Source of the DNA: Octopus bimaculoides
Lineage: Eukaryota
Length of the DNA: 64,000 bases
Reading direction: 5' to 3'
NCBI RefSeq assembly: GCF_001194135.2
Contig: NC_068981.1
Location: 35,673,757 to 35,737,756, forward strand
Under the pieces are notes generated by a model. That model was not told where the DNA came from. It worked only from the letters and a program-made list of their open reading frames with translations, and made no database searches. Below are positions 37,069 to 51,539 of the stretch, piece after piece. The translations under genes and the position numbers were made by a program. Each line of letters starts with the position of its first letter. Position 1 is the first letter of the stretch.

Positions 37069-38945
37069 AGTAACAAAGAACCCTCACTAGAACAGAACAA
37101 CATTCAATTCCTCTCTCCACCCTTGAAATATTTGTGAATAACCCCTAAAATTTGTGTATATATCGCACAAATCTGTATACATTAAAAATATCAGTCCAAA
37201 GACCCTGACAATACTTTGAAAGTAACTTGTAATTTTCAGATATATTGAAGAGTTACATCCCTTGACTGCAAAGATTATTGTCAACAACAAAATGGCGTGC
37301 CCATGAGTCAAATTTGAGACTTTAGAAGTTTGATAAGTGTAAGACGTGAAACCGGTACTCCCAGTTTATTATATAATGTTATAATACAACTCATTGTGTT
37401 ATTATGATATTAATACTAGCATAAATTTTATTATACAAACTTTCTGTGCATTTTTGCATATTTTTCTTTCTTAAGTATCTACAACCACATGTAAACAAGA
37501 TCTGACACCTTTATATATATTTATACACACACACACATATACACACACATATGCATAAAACAATGGACATCTGCCTGTCTGTCTGTCACCACCACCACCA
37601 CTACTGCTATCATCACTGCCACTATTGCCACCACTATCATCGTTTAACATCCCCTTTTTCATGCTTGCATGTGTCAGAATTTGTTGGGACAGATTTTTTT
37701 ATGCCTAGATGCTCTTCCTGTTGCCAACCCTCACATGTTTCCAGGAAATGTAATATTTCCCATGGCTAGACATGTTTTCCATGAAAGACTAGAAATTAAC
37801 AAAATCACTTGTATGACAATGATGTTCATTTACAACTGAAATACGATGTCAAGACACAGGTACAGACAAACACACTCATACATGCATACATACATACATA
37901 CATACATATAGAATATGGCAGGCTTTTAGTTTCCATCAACCAAATCCACTCACATGGCTTTGGTTGGCCTGGGGCTATGGTAGAAAACACTTGCCCAAGG
38001 TGTTGAGCAGGGGGACTAAACCTGAAATCAAATGGTTGGGAAGCAAGCTTCCGAACCACCCAGCCATGCCTTTCTTTCTACACTCATGCACACTTTTCCT
38101 CTGCAAATACACTTAACAGAGGCAATTTAATTTGTGCCTCCATTTCAACTATAATTTTAGTATGACAGAACTAAACATATGGAATGTGGGATTAATAATC
38201 ATACATGATAATATATACATTGAATTGGAGACACAGCAGATTTTGTGCCTGTCTAATACCAAAATAGTAGCCATTTATAGAAATATACTCTAATGTCTAT
38301 ACATTAAATTAGCATTTTTATAATGAATTGGAGATCATTTACTTTTTAAATTAATCATAAATATTAATGGTTTTAGTCTTGCTTAACCAGATGATATGTT
38401 CCTAATACATACTTAGAAACACATAGTAATTTTCACATACATGTATGCAAGCATACACACACACATGCACGCACACAATACCTTGTGTCTATCTCTCTCT
38501 CTCTCTCTCTATCTATCTATATATACATACATATATACACATATACATTTATATATGTTTATACATACAGTCTTGTAAACTGTGAATAATTAAACAATTT
38601 TTGTTAAACATGTTTTTTTTCTTCACCTTTCAAAAAATATGGATAACAGGAAATATTTCAGTCTGGTAATGGATACCAGAAAATATTCCACTTTGACAAA
38701 CAACTTTAATAATAGGTGATGGTAGTGGTAAAGGGTGAAGTACAACCTGTCTTTAACAAAAACAACAACAGCAATAACAACAAAACGACAATAACAGCAG
38801 CAGTAATAGTTTCAGTAAGAACAGTAACTATAATAATTTCATGAAATGAATTTTACTTTTCGATTAATAGATAATGAGATCTGACAGAGAATGAAATTAG
38901 GTATAGGAAGTATTAATTACAAGAAAACAACTTGCAAAAAAAGAC

Positions 38946-38976
<31 letters not shown>

Positions 38977-39018
38977 AAAGCACACACACACTCACACACA
39001 TACATCTACCTCTAAATA

Positions 39019-39077
<59 letters not shown>

Positions 39078-39263
39078 TTGTTTTCAAGTTCAGAAACATT
39101 TAAGTGCTTGATATGTGCTTAGAGTTTTGTGTATGTGTGGAAGACATGTCTGCAAAAACACACATACACTTTACATGCATACACAAACATATGCTTGCAA
39201 ACATAACATACACACACACACATATATGCACACATATACTCATGTAAATACAGCCCCCTCCCC

Positions 39264-39310
<47 letters not shown>

Positions 39311-41037
39311 TAGATATACATATATTCTTGAGTGAAAAAATCCTCATTGATCAAAATAAACAGCAAATTCTTAAGTGAAAATTTTGTTGCTTGGAACAAC
39401 ATCTTCATTATTAACCTAAAAAAAACATTATCAAATATTAAGAAATATTGAATATTTGATTATGTTTGTGATCTCGGGTTTGATAAGTGAAGTTATTTGT
39501 TTTCTTTTTAAAGAGCTATTTGAAATTGGTGTTGTTTTTAGCAATATTTAGAAACTGATGATAGAGAGCGAAAGTGTTAAACTTGAAGAAAGAAAAGAAA
39601 AGAAAACAAAAGAAAACAAAATTTAAAAAAAGCAAAGTTACATAGCTAGAATATTCAAGATTCAGGTAATGTTTTTACATTCATACTGTGCTAAACATTT
39701 GGACTGAACTGCTATAAAAAGAACAAGACAAACAGGAGATAATGGAGCACTAGAATAAGTTGGAGCTTTGAAAAATAAACTAAATTCCTTTCAAGTCATT
39801 GTCGTCATCATCATCGTTTTCATTTGCATCGTTTGCATCATCATCATCATTCTCATCATTTAGATACATCATACTGAGAGCTGTGAATTGGCAGAGTCAT
39901 TAGAGTGTTGGATAGCATACTTTACAGTGTTCTGATACTCTGCACATTAAGTCATTAAAATAATGTCTTTTTTTTGTGACAACTCAAAATTCTGTATCAT
40001 TACATCTGTGAGGGTCATAATCTAACGTCACTAATTCACCCTTCAGTTGTGGAAACCTTCTACTGTCAATATATAACCTTCTTTAACTCAGTACTCCATT
40101 TTCTGACATTGGCTCATTGCCACAACTTTGTAGTATGTGTGTGTGTGTGGGGAGGAGGAGTGTTTAATAACTGAAATAATTGATTGGATCAACCCTAATT
40201 TACACCTCAGCATGATAAGAAAAAGACAAAAAAGGACGTTGGCAGGATTTGAACTCAGATCTCATAAAGAGACAAAACAAATTGTTGTAAAACATTGTTG
40301 TCTTCTTTACCAAACCAAACAGCAACAATTCTAAAAGCCAAAGGGGTAGCCTCTGCATGATTATCAGCAAGGAATAGCATCTAAACCTTCCTGAGTTCAT
40401 ACTCCACTGTCTTAAATAAGAAAAGACACAATATATCAGAAAAACAAAAACAAAAAGAAATGATTGCTATGACTATAACATTTTATGCTTTAGATCTACT
40501 TGATGAGTGCAAACTCAGGACTAAACAACAACATTACTGTGACTACACCTAACCATCTAAATAATTATTAAAAAACACATTCCTTTGTAAACTACATTGA
40601 ATTATTGTTCAGTGAAATCTAGTTGTTTGTAATTTTACAGTAAAATTCTCAGTAATTATTACACTGCAATGATGAAAGACTGAGAGGTAAACAATGTTGT
40701 GTATACAGCTCCCTTCCCGTGTGATGCCTAAGTGATGTTTATGAAGTTTTATACTTTTATTATGTAGAGTTCATGTTAAAGGAAATAAATCATCACCATC
40801 ATCAGCCTCATCATTTGTCTCTAAGTCACTGTTGTTGTCATCATTGCTGCTACTGTCATTGCTGTTGCCATTGCCTTCATCAGCATCATCATCATTAATG
40901 TTAGCTTTATTATATTTTTTATCATCAATATTGTCAGAAATATAATCATAATAATAGTTACTATAACATAAAAAATTAATAATAATAATAATAAAAATAA
41001 TAATAATGGTGATGATGATGATGATGATGACGACGAT

Positions 41038-41240
41038 AGGATGTGTGGCAGTAAAAACGAAACAATCTCACATATTGTGAGTGAGTGTATCAAACTGGTT
41101 CGAAAGCACTACAAAACAAGTTATGGTAATGTGGCTAAGTTTGTTCACTGGAGACTGGGAAAAGTACAGGGTAAGAGCATGGAAATAGTATGTACATGAA
41201 TCAGGTGTCACTGAATATAAGATCCTGTGAGATTTTACAA
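41038..41240 (+). mobile_element. R4/Dong-type non-LTR retrotransposon fragment (zinc knuckle leading to restriction-like endonuclease)
   Basis: RMCGSKNETISHIVSECIKLVRKHYKTSYGNVAKFVHWRL, then YVHESGVTEYKIL*DFTI, matches C..C....ETI.HIVS.C....K.Y..RH..VA...HW.L...KILWDF.I. Confidence 0.75.
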
Positions 41241-41261
41241 TAATAACCTTACTCCCGTGAA

Positions 41262-42262
41262 AAGAACCACTGTATTATACACCAGGAAAATATCATTGCT
41301 AAGTCACTGAAAATGTGACAGAGATTGCAATATCAATTGTAAATTGGAATCATGCAAAAGCCATGGTTCATCAGAATTTCAAGCAGATTCTAGCAGATAT
41401 TGATGCTGACTATGGAGATGTGCTCATGCTGTTCAATGGTTAAACCATGCCACATGCCTCAATAGGTTCTACAAACTTCTTCCAGAAATCTTATCTCAGC
41501 TTAGCAATAAAGAATGAATTGCTGATTTGGCTTTCAAGGTTGACATCACCACACATGAATTGTACAGTATAGTCTCTGCTTTTATTGCAAAACTTTGCCT
41601 TTGAAGACACAAAGTGCACATGACACTATAACCCATTTCCACTCACTTTTTGAGCACAACAGAATCATTAATAACTTGATTGATCAATTTGAATGCTATT
41701 TTGGTGACATCAAGGATTTCTTGCCCCTGATGAAAATATTTTTAGCACCTATGGAGATATATGTGACCACCACTCCTGAAGAATTTCAAATGAAGCTCCA
41801 GGACTTGCAGTCAGATGTGGAACTGACATCGGCATTCAAAGTTAGTCAGCTACTTGACTTCTGGAGTTGAATCCAAGAAGGGAAGACTATCCTACCTCGA
41901 TTGCTAATGCACAGAAAAATGCTTCTGAATTTGGTTCAACATATGTGTCTGAAGCACTTCTCAGCAAACCAGTGGGTACCAAAACAAAATATGACAACCA
42001 GTTGACTGACAATCATGTCAACCAGCTTTTGCATACTGCATCTTCTACCGCAAGCCCTAATTTTGACAAACTAGTTGAGAGTTGAAAACAAAAAGGTTTC
42101 ACATTAAATTCCATTGTTCTACAATTTTTTGTTACAGTCTTTCCTCTATAAATATAATAAATTTTTCTTGAATTGACCCATGTTTTACTTTTTTTGTGCA
42201 ACTCCCTAAAAATATCCAGGTTTTGGATCTGGTCCAGATATTAAAAAGGTTCAGAGCCACTG
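41262..42262 (+). mobile_element. Buster/SPIN (GTF2IRD2-like) hAT transposase fossil with right TIR
   Basis: Peptides are HCIIHQENIIAKSLK, VNWNHAKAMVHQNFKQILADIDADYGDV, QWLNH, IADLAFKVDITTH, FQMKLQDLQSD and FGSTYVSEALLS...LTDNHV...PNFDKLV (hAT dimerisation domain). The right TIR aggttcagagccactg ends at 42262 and is followed by ctttacac. Confidence 0.9.
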
Positions 42263-44010
42263 CTTTACACAGTTGCTTTATTTACTAGAAAAAGCAGCAA
42301 GTTCACTCAAATCACACTCACTCTCTTAAAATTGGAAGGACACATTGTACAAAGCCAACTGAGATACACAAAAAAATGAGGTGGTCATAGATGGAACACT
42401 TGTGGTCATAAGTCTGCATTATAAGGGCTAAACAATAGCAACAACTAGTATAACCAACATTATACTAGTTGGTTAAAATGGTTGGTATTTCTCACTTGCA
42501 ATGTCTTTTGCATGTTCTACTGGCAGAAAATACATTTTTTTACACTTATGGGATTACTTCAGCACAACTTTACATGCCAAAAGATGAATTTTGATGAGAC
42601 AAGCTTTGTGCTAATACAGAAACAACAAAAGTTAGGCTTCTTGATGAGGATTACAATAGTTAGATTTTGTTTCTCTGGTTGATTACTGCTTTACATGGAT
42701 ATAACCACAGCTTTGAGCCACTGTAACTGTCATGGCACATAATCCTGCTTACAAATCAGTTAAAAGTAAAATATAGCAAAATTCTTTATAACATCTCTTA
42801 ACATCTGAAATGAAGTAGCAAGTAATGCTTCAGGAAAAGCAGGAGGAAAAGGTGAAAAAGAAAAAAAGAACCGGTAAGCGAAAAATTCATTTTTCCAATT
42901 CAAGGTTTTACTATAATTTTGCCCACTTTAAAGGTTTTGACATGCAAAGTTATCTTCTGATTTCTCTTTTTGTAACACAACAGTTTTTCCTCCAAATCAC
43001 TCTTCTATTTTGGACAAATACTTCAACATATTTGACTGTTACTTAAAAATTTATTATAGTTTATTTATGCTGTATTTATTTGGTTTCATTTTTTTCATTT
43101 GATTTTTAAACTAAAAATGTGGAAGATTTCTTGGAGTGTTCAGAAAACTTAGTAGGTAGTAAAGAAGAAAAAAAGAAAAAAAAAAACTCTGACTCTACAC
43201 AAATTAATCACATTTTTCTTTCATTTTTATAATATATTTTCACTGACAGCTGCAATTCTGGTAGTCAAGTGTTAAGCAAAAGTGTTATATTGCTATGATA
43301 CCCAAGTGACTTCTTTGCCAATGCAAAGTAATATTTCACCAGAAGTCAGCAGAAGAAATTAACTTGATAGATAGAGAGAAAAATAGGTGTAGAAGTTAGA
43401 CACATACACGTACACAAATGTGTGGTGTGTGTGTATACATGCATAATGTGTATGCCAGCTTTACTATACTATGTCTAAAATATGTAAATATATAGAAATG
43501 TGTAGTGGTAGAGAGGTGGTAGTAAAATGCATTGCAACAAAAATTTATGGAAAAGGGAGAAATATAGTTGTAAAAATTGCAAGAAAGGAAAAAAAGAAAA
43601 GTGAAATGAGAAGAGAAAAATGAGTATTATGGGATATATGTATAATGTGTGTATGTGTTAAAGAGAGAATCAGGATAATAGAAAATGCAGGAAAGCAGAT
43701 TATGGAGAGGAAAAGGAAACTATAGACAGAGTGATAGTCCGAGAGAGAGAAAGAAAGAGAGAGAGAGTATATCTTGGAAATAAGTACAGAGGGATTATTA
43801 AGGTAGCTAAAGAATAGAGGGAGGGGAGAGATAATATGAAATATCTAGAAACTGTATTGGAAATACAGAGAGCATTTAGGATAGATGGATAGAAAGAAAG
43901 ATGTCACATTTTATATATACATGCATACATATATGTATCCTTCTATCCTAAATTTTGTGTCTCTCTTTCGATATATATATATTATATACACATATACATA
44001 TATATATATA

Positions 44011-44049
<39 letters not shown>

Positions 44050-44958
44050 GCATGTGTATATATATATGTATAAATCTCAAGTGAGGGAGAACATGATTTT
44101 TGAAAAATGCAATGATTAAGTCACACATGCACTCCCCCACATACATGCATAGTATTTAAAAGAAAATTGAATATAATAATGTATATAAAAATAAGACAAA
44201 ATAACACAAAAGACCCCCAGAAAAATAATAACATCACTCCGCCCCCACATCTTTCTGTCTTGGTGTAATATAAGGTTATAAAATGCTTTTCAAGTAGATA
44301 TAAATTATTGAAGCTCTCTAAGGAAAAAAAAAATCTTAAAGTGCTGTAGACATCCACAAAGAGAGTAGCTGACGGTTTCTGGCAAGTAAGTTATAAGGAA
44401 TTAATGCTGCATAAGGTTTGAGGCTGTACAAGTTAGACATTTTATTCTTGCAGAAGAACTCTCACAAAACTTGGTGTGTGTGTTGTTGATCAATGGAGAT
44501 ATCTCTTCATTCATTCTTTGCACTCTTGGATTGTGTATGTTCAAAGGGTGTATACATGCATATATGTGTGTGTGAGTGTTTGTTTGTGTGTGTGTGTGTG
44601 TGTGTGTGTCTGTATGTATGTGTGTGTGTGTATGTATGTTTATATGTATGTGAGTGTGTATCTGTGAATATGTTTGTCAATGAACAAAGCCCTGTGTTTT
44701 TAACATACATGTCTCTGATAAATTTTCTCTGTGACAAAATATTACAGCCAGTGCCATTCCACATTTGCATATACAGTTTAAATTTTATACACTGTGGTAT
44801 ATGCCTATATATATATATATATATATATATATNNNNNNNNNNNNNNNNNNNNNNNNNNNNNNNNNNNNNNNNNNNNNNNNNNNNNNNNNNNNNNCAATTT
44901 TCAAGAACTCATCGATTAATTGAGTTTTTAACCTGTAATTTTGGATTTTGTCCCTAAT

Positions 44959-45018
<60 letters not shown>

Positions 45019-45456
45019 TACACACGTGTGTGTGTGTGTATGACTATTTGTGTTTGTACATATGCATGTGTGTCCTTGTATATATGTATGTGTCTGTGTG
45101 TACAATGTATATGTAGGTTGTTGGGAAGTTCGCTTCAAAATCATGAGGTTCTGGGTTCAGTTCCATTTTGTGTAATCCTGGGCAAGTGTTTTTAAACATA
45201 GTGTGGAACTTAACCAAATGTTGTGAATGATATGGGTTCAGGAAAACTGTGTGGAACTTACCATGTGAATTGTCTCTTTTTCTATCTTTGTTCTCTCTCC
45301 ACTACCTTAACACCCTCTAATCTCTCCCTTTCTGGCATACACACATGACTCCCTCATTTTTCTTTCCTTCAATGAGTCTCTCTAGATTCTCATCTCACTC
45401 ACCTATATTCTCTCTTCCCTTTTCCTCAAACTTTCCATCCATACATGCCCTTATAA

Positions 45457-45776
45457 CAGTGGTCCTCAACTGGGGTCTTTGTGGTCCATATAAAATTGTT
45501 TTTGGATGGGGAGAAGGATGGTCCACACAAGCAAAATTGTAAATTGGGTCATGAAAAAATATTTTGCTTTACATGTTTTTATTGATAGAAACAGGTTTCT
45601 TTCTCTGATGTTTTACATAGTTCAACCTACACGAGTGAATGTGCGATAAACAAAATAGAAATTTTGAAAGAAGTCTCAGTAAAACTAATTTTTAAATATC
45701 AAATGGCTATGAGGATCCCCCAGAGTAAAATAATAATCAAAAGGATCCATCAATGAAAAATGATTGAGAACCACTG
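45457..45776. mobile_element. hAT (Buster/Charlie-type) MITE, 320 bp
   Basis: The TIRs are cagtggtcctcaac and gattgagaaccactg. The 8-bp flanks are ccttataa and ttttataa (6/8 identical, central TA). Confidence 0.85.
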
Positions 45777-46435
45777 TTTTATAATGGGGTAATTCTGAAC
45801 CCTGCTACATAACTCATTTCAGCACTGTTATCTCTCTGCCCTTCATTTTCTCACAAACCACTTATCAGTTCGTTTCCTCTCCACTGTCTCTTCCATATTT
45901 CTTCACCCATATTTCTTCACTCTATTACTCTTTCCACTATCACCCTCTCACAGTTATAAATCTCTTCATTTCAGCATACTTCACCTCACTCATCACATTG
46001 CCTAAAATCTTTACATTCCTTTCTCTACTCTTCTTGAGTTTTAGGGGGACCTTCAGGCCCTTTAGTCCTGTGAACTGCCATGCAACTTCACTAGAGTTGC
46101 TTACACAAAATCGTCCAGAACGCATTGTATTATAGCTGGTATCAGAAATGGCATCCAGTCATAGAAATCACGTCAAAACAGACAGAGTACATCAGAGTCC
46201 CCCAGCTTGTCAGATATGACTGAACAATCCAATTCATGCCACCATGGAGAGTTGATATTACATGATAAAGGTGTTAATAATGATGGTGATGATAATGATA
46301 ATGGTGATGATGATGATGATGCTATATGATGTCTATAACTGTGGCATATATTTATATATAAATACATGTGTGTGTGTGTGTGTGTGTGTGCGTGCGTGCG
46401 TGCGCATATTGTGTTTGTATGTGTGTATGTATGTA

Positions 46436-46489
<54 letters not shown>

Positions 46490-47139
46490 GGAGAAGGAAA
46501 GAGAGAGAGAGAGAGAGAGAGATGCTGAGAAAAGTATATAAAATATTTATATGACCATGAATGCAAATATAGTTATACATGCAAACATACAAACCTACAT
46601 TTATAAGTATACATATTGGTATACAAACAAATGTAATGAGATTATGGAAAGTGAGTGTAGCATTGTGTTTAAAAAAGTAGATGCCGAAAAATATACCAAA
46701 CATCAACCAAAAAGGAAAGCAAAGGAATTCTTTGCATTATCTAAGAGCTATAAATAAATAAGATTTCCATTTGTTATCATCAAACTCAACATAAATAGGA
46801 ATTCAACAGGATTTGGAAGCACTTGTAAATTATGAGAAGATAATCAGTAATCTGGGCTGCAAATAACCATTGCAAGATTGTGAAATAAGTGTTATATTGA
46901 TGCTGTTGGCAAAATCTGGATTGAATGTGAACACAGACACACACAGACACACACGCACACACACATATATATGTACATCTATTTATCTATCTATCTGTCT
47001 ATCTGTCTATCTATCTGTCTATCTGTCTATCAATCTATCTATATATATATATATATATGTACATATCTATCTATCTATATTTATATATATATCTAAATAT
47101 ATGTGTGTGTGAGTATGTGTGTGTATATATGCATATATT

Positions 47140-47199
<60 letters not shown>

Positions 47200-49325
47200 C
47201 ACATACTTATCTGCGTGTTTGTCTACATGTATGAATGTGTGTGTTTATATATATGCATGCATATATGTATCTATTTATTTTAAAAATCAGTCTGGCTGCA
47301 ACTTCGAAGTTTCACTGAAGAGGCCTATGTAAATATATTTGTATGCATATGTTTCCATATTGATATTTATTTATATGTACTTCTATGTGTGTGTGTGTTT
47401 TTATACACACGCACACACACACACATATATATGTATATATATATATACATACCCACACACACACATACACACATTATATATATATATATATATACACATA
47501 TCCATACACACACACACACATATATATACATACCCATACACACACATGTATGCATGAATGTACGTATGTATGTATGTACAGCGTCTATGTTATTTAACAT
47601 GACTGATACAATTACAATTTTTCGTAGTTTGGGTTATTATGGAGAAATGTCTTTCTACAAGATATAGCAGTAGCACTCTATTATTATTATTATTTGTTTA
47701 TTTTTATTGGAAGTAAATAAAAGAAATAATATAAAAACATATGAATCATAAAAGCAAAGTTAAATATATATAAAAAAGGAAGATTTGCATGCAAACCCAT
47801 ATAAACATCTAACATCAAATCCCATGTGCTAGAAGCAAAATGATTATTATAATGATAATGATAACGATAATGATGATGATCATCATCTTCAATCATTGCT
47901 ACTCTTCCCTTCAGCTCCACTTCATCATCATCATCATTGTCCTCCCCCACCATTATCATAATTCTCTTCCTCCTCATCATTACCACCACCATAGCCACCA
48001 TTAATAATATATTTCAAAGAATTATTTTTTATCTTAGAAGTCTGATTGGAAGTAACTAGAGGTGTGACGAAATAAGTAAATATGACAAAATAAAATAAAA
48101 TATTCAAAACAAGGTACATAAATTCTTTTATTGGTATCAGTCTTTGGTCTGTGGCCATGCTGAGCTACTGCTGTCAAGTGTAGAGATGATTATATCAGCA
48201 CCTATCTCCTAGTACTTGTACTTATTTTATCAATTTTAGAAGGATAAAAATAAAAGTTGACTGCAGTAGGGCTTGGACTCAGAATGCAAATGGAAGTATG
48301 ATACTCTACCAGTTTTGCGAATGACTATGTTAATTTATATATTATATATAAAATGTGTAGCTGTCACTTGTGGTTGAATGTGATTTTGTATTAGCATATA
48401 CTATGCTTTTACTTAATATTACAAGTGTCCTTAGAGTAGATATAGAGCTTTGATTCTTTGACTCTTAACTAAATGGAACATCCAATACAGCCAGAAAGAG
48501 ACACAGAGAAGGGGTGGCATCAACACTTGGCAGGTATTTTATTTATTGACTCCTAAAAACGAAAAGAAAGATTGACCATCAAGTTGACCATTAAGTAAAG
48601 GGGACTGAAGCAAACATTACAACACATTTTATCTGAAATGCTAACAATACTGTCAATTCTCTGCTTTATAATCATTCATTCTTTTTTATGTCTGTTTTTC
48701 CATGCTAGCAGTGGTTGGATGAATATTTATTATCGAGGTATTGTTTTACAGCCAGATATCCCTACCTGTTGTTAAGCTTTATTGTTCAAGTAAGGAATCT
48801 CATATTTCACATGTCTTTGAAAGCACAGAGTCAGCAAACAACTATTGACAGGGAAATGATTGAGCTTTGTAGCTCAGTGCTTTTTCTTGTCAAGTGTGCA
48901 GGATGTAAACACTCACATATACACACATGTATGTATGCATATACACACACACACACGCATGTATATACAATAGATTTCATACAGTTTCAGTCTACCACGT
49001 CCACTCACAAAGCATTGGTTGGCCCAGGTCTATGGTAGAAAACACTTGCTCAAGGTCATATGAGGTGGGACTGAACCTGAAATCACATGATTGAGAATCA
49101 ATCTTCTTAACTGGACAGCTATGTCTGCTCTTCCCATGCAGTGGACTAAACCTTAAACCATGTAGTTAAGAAACAAACTTCTATACATTTTATATATAAA
49201 TCAATAAATTTCATCAAACTAATAAACAAAAGTCATGAAACTCTTTCTTTGAAAAAGTTAAATATCTCCCTGACAACCATCATCATTATAGAGCAGAAAT
49301 AATGGATGTTGGAATATTAATGTTT

Positions 49326-49486
49326 TGTAATGATGGATACATGACAGGTGTAGCAATATCAGAGGAAGGTTAGTTTTTGTGTGTGGAAGGTGCACAGGTA
49401 CAATAAACACCAAAAATGTACAGAAAAGAGATCCCATCATATGCCAATGGGGAAAACTAGAAGTAGTTGATAGCTTCCGTTACCCA
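49326..49486 (+). mobile_element. RTE fragment homologous to 27490-27665
   Basis: WIHDRCSNIRGRLVFVCGRCTGTINTKNVQKRDPIICQWGKLEVVDSFRY aligns with the main copy. Confidence 0.85.
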
Positions 49487-51539
49487 GCTGCCTAGCTTGA
49501 CTTTAATTTTCCTTCTTCTGGATGTCCGCCAGAAGGAGTACATACTGGGGTGAATTAATTTGACTTGAATTCTGTTCTGTAGTAAATGAGTGACTTTATA
49601 TCAAATCAAGATATCTTCAATAGCAGCCAATCCCTTATCTAATAACCACTTAGAAAGAGGAAGTTGAAGGTAGAAAGAGAGTAAATGAGAATGGCGAGTA
49701 CAGTCCTGATAGTTGCTCTTGGCAGTCAATGCATTCTTGGTTTTATGCGATTTCTTGATTAGTCCTAGATGACTACTCCCTTATTGGGATCTTTCATTTT
49801 ATTCCTTTTGTATTTTGTTGTTTTTAATGCCTGTTTTTTTTTTGTAATCAGTAGTTAAGAAACTTACTTTTGACAATGTGTGATCTTGGGTGCAATCTCA
49901 CTGTGAGGCACCTTGGTCAAGTGTCTTCTACTATAGCCTTAGGTCAACCAAAGCCTTGTGAGTGGATGTGGTAGACAGAAATTGAAAGAAGCTTGTCATA
50001 TACATATATATGCATATGTGGGGATGTGTACTCTTGTCTAGACATCATGTGAGATTGTAAATGAGTATCACTGTCATACAAGCAAGATTGTTTTTTCCCA
50101 GTCTACTGAGAAAAACATATCTAGCTTTTGGGAAATATCATGTCACTTGGAAACATGTGAAGGTTGGTGACAAGAAGGACTTCCGTCTGTAGAAAGTCTA
50201 TCTCAAAAAATTTTGCCTGACCCATACAAGCATGGAAATATAGACATTAAGTGATGATGATGAATTCTGCATAAACTTCTCACCATTTTTGTAAATTATC
50301 CTTGAAATTTCTTCTTTTATGTCATGCTTGAGGCAAATAAAGAAATTATTAACATAAAAAGAAAATGGAAACCATTATTATTGTTGTTGATCTTACAATT
50401 CTTGTTGTCCAAATCCTACTGAAACTAACTTTGTCTTTCATCCTTCTGAGATCAATGAATGTACCTATCAAGCACTGGAGGAACTGAAGACAACTTTAAA
50501 ATGTTTGGTCTGGTGCCAATGTTTGAAACCATTATTATTATCATTATGATTTGAATAAAAATGTGGTTATTGATCATATTGTTTGTTTTATGTTGTTTGG
50601 TAACGTTTCAGACAGATGCTGTTTGAACTTCTCAGTGAGGCCACCTCTCACAAGTACATTCTGACTTGACGTGCTAGGATTTGTGTTAAAGTTCTTAATG
50701 TTATTATTATTATTGTTTAACCTGGGGTCAACTCTGATCAAGCAGACCTATGATGAAAGGCATTCCAGTATTTTTAAGGATATTTACGATTACATTATCT
50801 GATGTTTCCTTTCTTTATTTAAGACTGCTGGACAGGTGTAATTTGAGGGAGATTTGGTTACTATTACTATTTCTATCAGGTTATGTGTCTACATAGATAC
50901 TCTCTCACTGGCTCATTAGTGACAAGATAAATCTTTAAGGTACAGTTCATGACAACATGTACTGCATGTGTGATCATATTTTGCATGAGCTATCATCAAT
51001 GACTCTAATTCAGCCAAGTCATTTTCCTTTTCTATTTTAGGTAGTGATGGCAAAAGATGATTGCCTTCTAATGATTTTTCTAAGTATTTTAATGATATAG
51101 TTTATTTGAAAGTATCCAAAGTAATGGCTTCAATGAAAAAACAAAAAAAAAAACAGCCCAAAATGATAGTTAGTATCTATAGAAACTAGTCAGTGTCTAC
51201 ATCAGCTAAAAGCAGTCAATAAAATTTGTAAAATAATTTTGTGTAGCACAAGGAAATTCTTCAGTGAAGGCCACCTGCCCCAAACATTTACTTCTCCTTA
51301 TGGCATTTGTACATAGTCTATTTTACAGATTTAATGGTCACAGTAGGTTCTAAGTTAAATTAGCACTTACTATTGTCCCACTTCTGTGCTAATTGCTCAT
51401 TAATTCAAATTAATTTGTTCACTTTTCCACTGATTGTTCTTTTGTCATTAATGGCAGTGTTGTCATCAACATCAGTATTAGTGCCATTCTCATCAATGTC
51501 ATTGTTGATGACACCAGCATTGTTTGTGTTGGTGTCATT

